64,000 bases of DNA, from assembly GCA_035615875.1 (NCBI GenBank), contig WWDN01000042.1, forward strand, positions 221 through 64,220. Reading direction: 5' to 3'. The notes under the pieces are model-generated. The model was given only the letters and a program-made list of their open reading frames with translations, was not told the origin of the DNA and did no database searches. Of this stretch, positions 63,616-64,000 are shown piece after piece (the stretch's first letter is position 1; each line of letters begins with the position of its first letter). The translations under genes were made by a program, and so were the position numbers. The stretch comes from Thermodiscus sp. GTDB taxonomy: Archaea; Thermoproteota; Thermoprotei_A; Sulfolobales; Acidilobaceae.

Positions 63616-63708
63616 CCTCTCCTAGGACCGTCTAACCCAAAGAAATATAAGCTCCTATCATTCTATGCCGTTTTGGCCGTTAGAAACTCGATCTAAGGGT
63701 GGTGTAGA

Positions 63709-63987
63709 ATGAAGTACTGTCCTAAGTGCGGCGGCCCCATGTTCCCCATAAAGAAGGGAGACAAGATCTACCTAAAATGCCGCAGATGCGGATACGAGAT
63801 GGAGGCTACCGAGAAGGACCTGGAGAAGTACAGGGTTGTCAGGAAGGCCGACGAGAAGCACAAGGTCGTAACCACAAAGGTAGTCAGCCAGGTCAGGAGG
63901 ACGCAGGGTAGCCCAGAGGACCTAGAGAGCGCAAAGGAAGAGTACTACGAGCTCGTGCTAGACCAACTGGGAGAATACGGAGAGTAA
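63709..63987 (+). CDS. zinc-ribbon protein resembling the N-terminal ribbon of TFS/RpoM, without the C-terminal ribbon
   Basis: MKYCPKCGGPMFPIKKGDKIYLKCRRCGY, then a Cys-free charged tail ending EYGE. Confidence 0.5.
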   Translation: MKYCPKCGGPMFPIKKGDKIYLKCRRCGYEMEATEKDLEKYRVVRKADEKHKVVTTKVVSQVRRTQGSPEDLESAKEEYYELVLDQLGEYGE

Positions 63988-64000
63988 AGAGGGAAACCCC

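Overview
The window looks like a 64-kb core chromosomal segment of a hyperthermophilic crenarchaeon. The evidence is a gins23-mcm operon, a TFE-beta-like gene, an intron-containing tRNA, aIF1A/Rio1/Dim2, and a visually estimated GC of about 50-55%. This taxonomic call is an inference. Coding density is very high, with about 79 protein genes and many 4-30 nt overlaps, plus three tRNA genes.

Main content:
- A DNA-replication supercluster spans 2.6-12.8 kb: hel308, mcm, gins23, intein-containing rfcS, rfcL and orc1/cdc6.
- Central metabolism genes include guaA, eno, gdhA, an aspartate aminotransferase, speE and prs.
- A ribosome-biogenesis and translation cluster holds nmd3, aIF1A, rio1 and a KH/Dim2 gene.
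- An information-processing operon holds S8e, SRP19, gar1, tfb and a TFE-beta-like gene.
- A tRNA and RNA-end processing neighbourhood holds the CCA-adding enzyme, ThpR/LigT, RNase Z, Trm-G10, Trm1, archease and tRNA-Pro with an intron.

I saw no CRISPR array, IS element, toxin-antitoxin pair or recognisable defence system.

The items most worth a second look are:
- a 289-codon intein in rfcS;
- an nmd3 gene whose zinc-binding N-terminus has no ATG/GTG/TTG start;
- a radical-SAM paralog that has lost its CX3CX2C motif, sitting directly upstream of an intact AmmeMemoRadiSam-type enzyme;
- a 284-nt GC-rich, highly structured spacer (53651-53934) that may encode an unassigned ncRNA;
- an orphan two-gene unit (40026-41604) preceded by a long spacer with a C/D-box-like element;
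- several repeated palindromic boxes in divergent promoters.

All functional calls come from motif recognition by eye. No database search was run.
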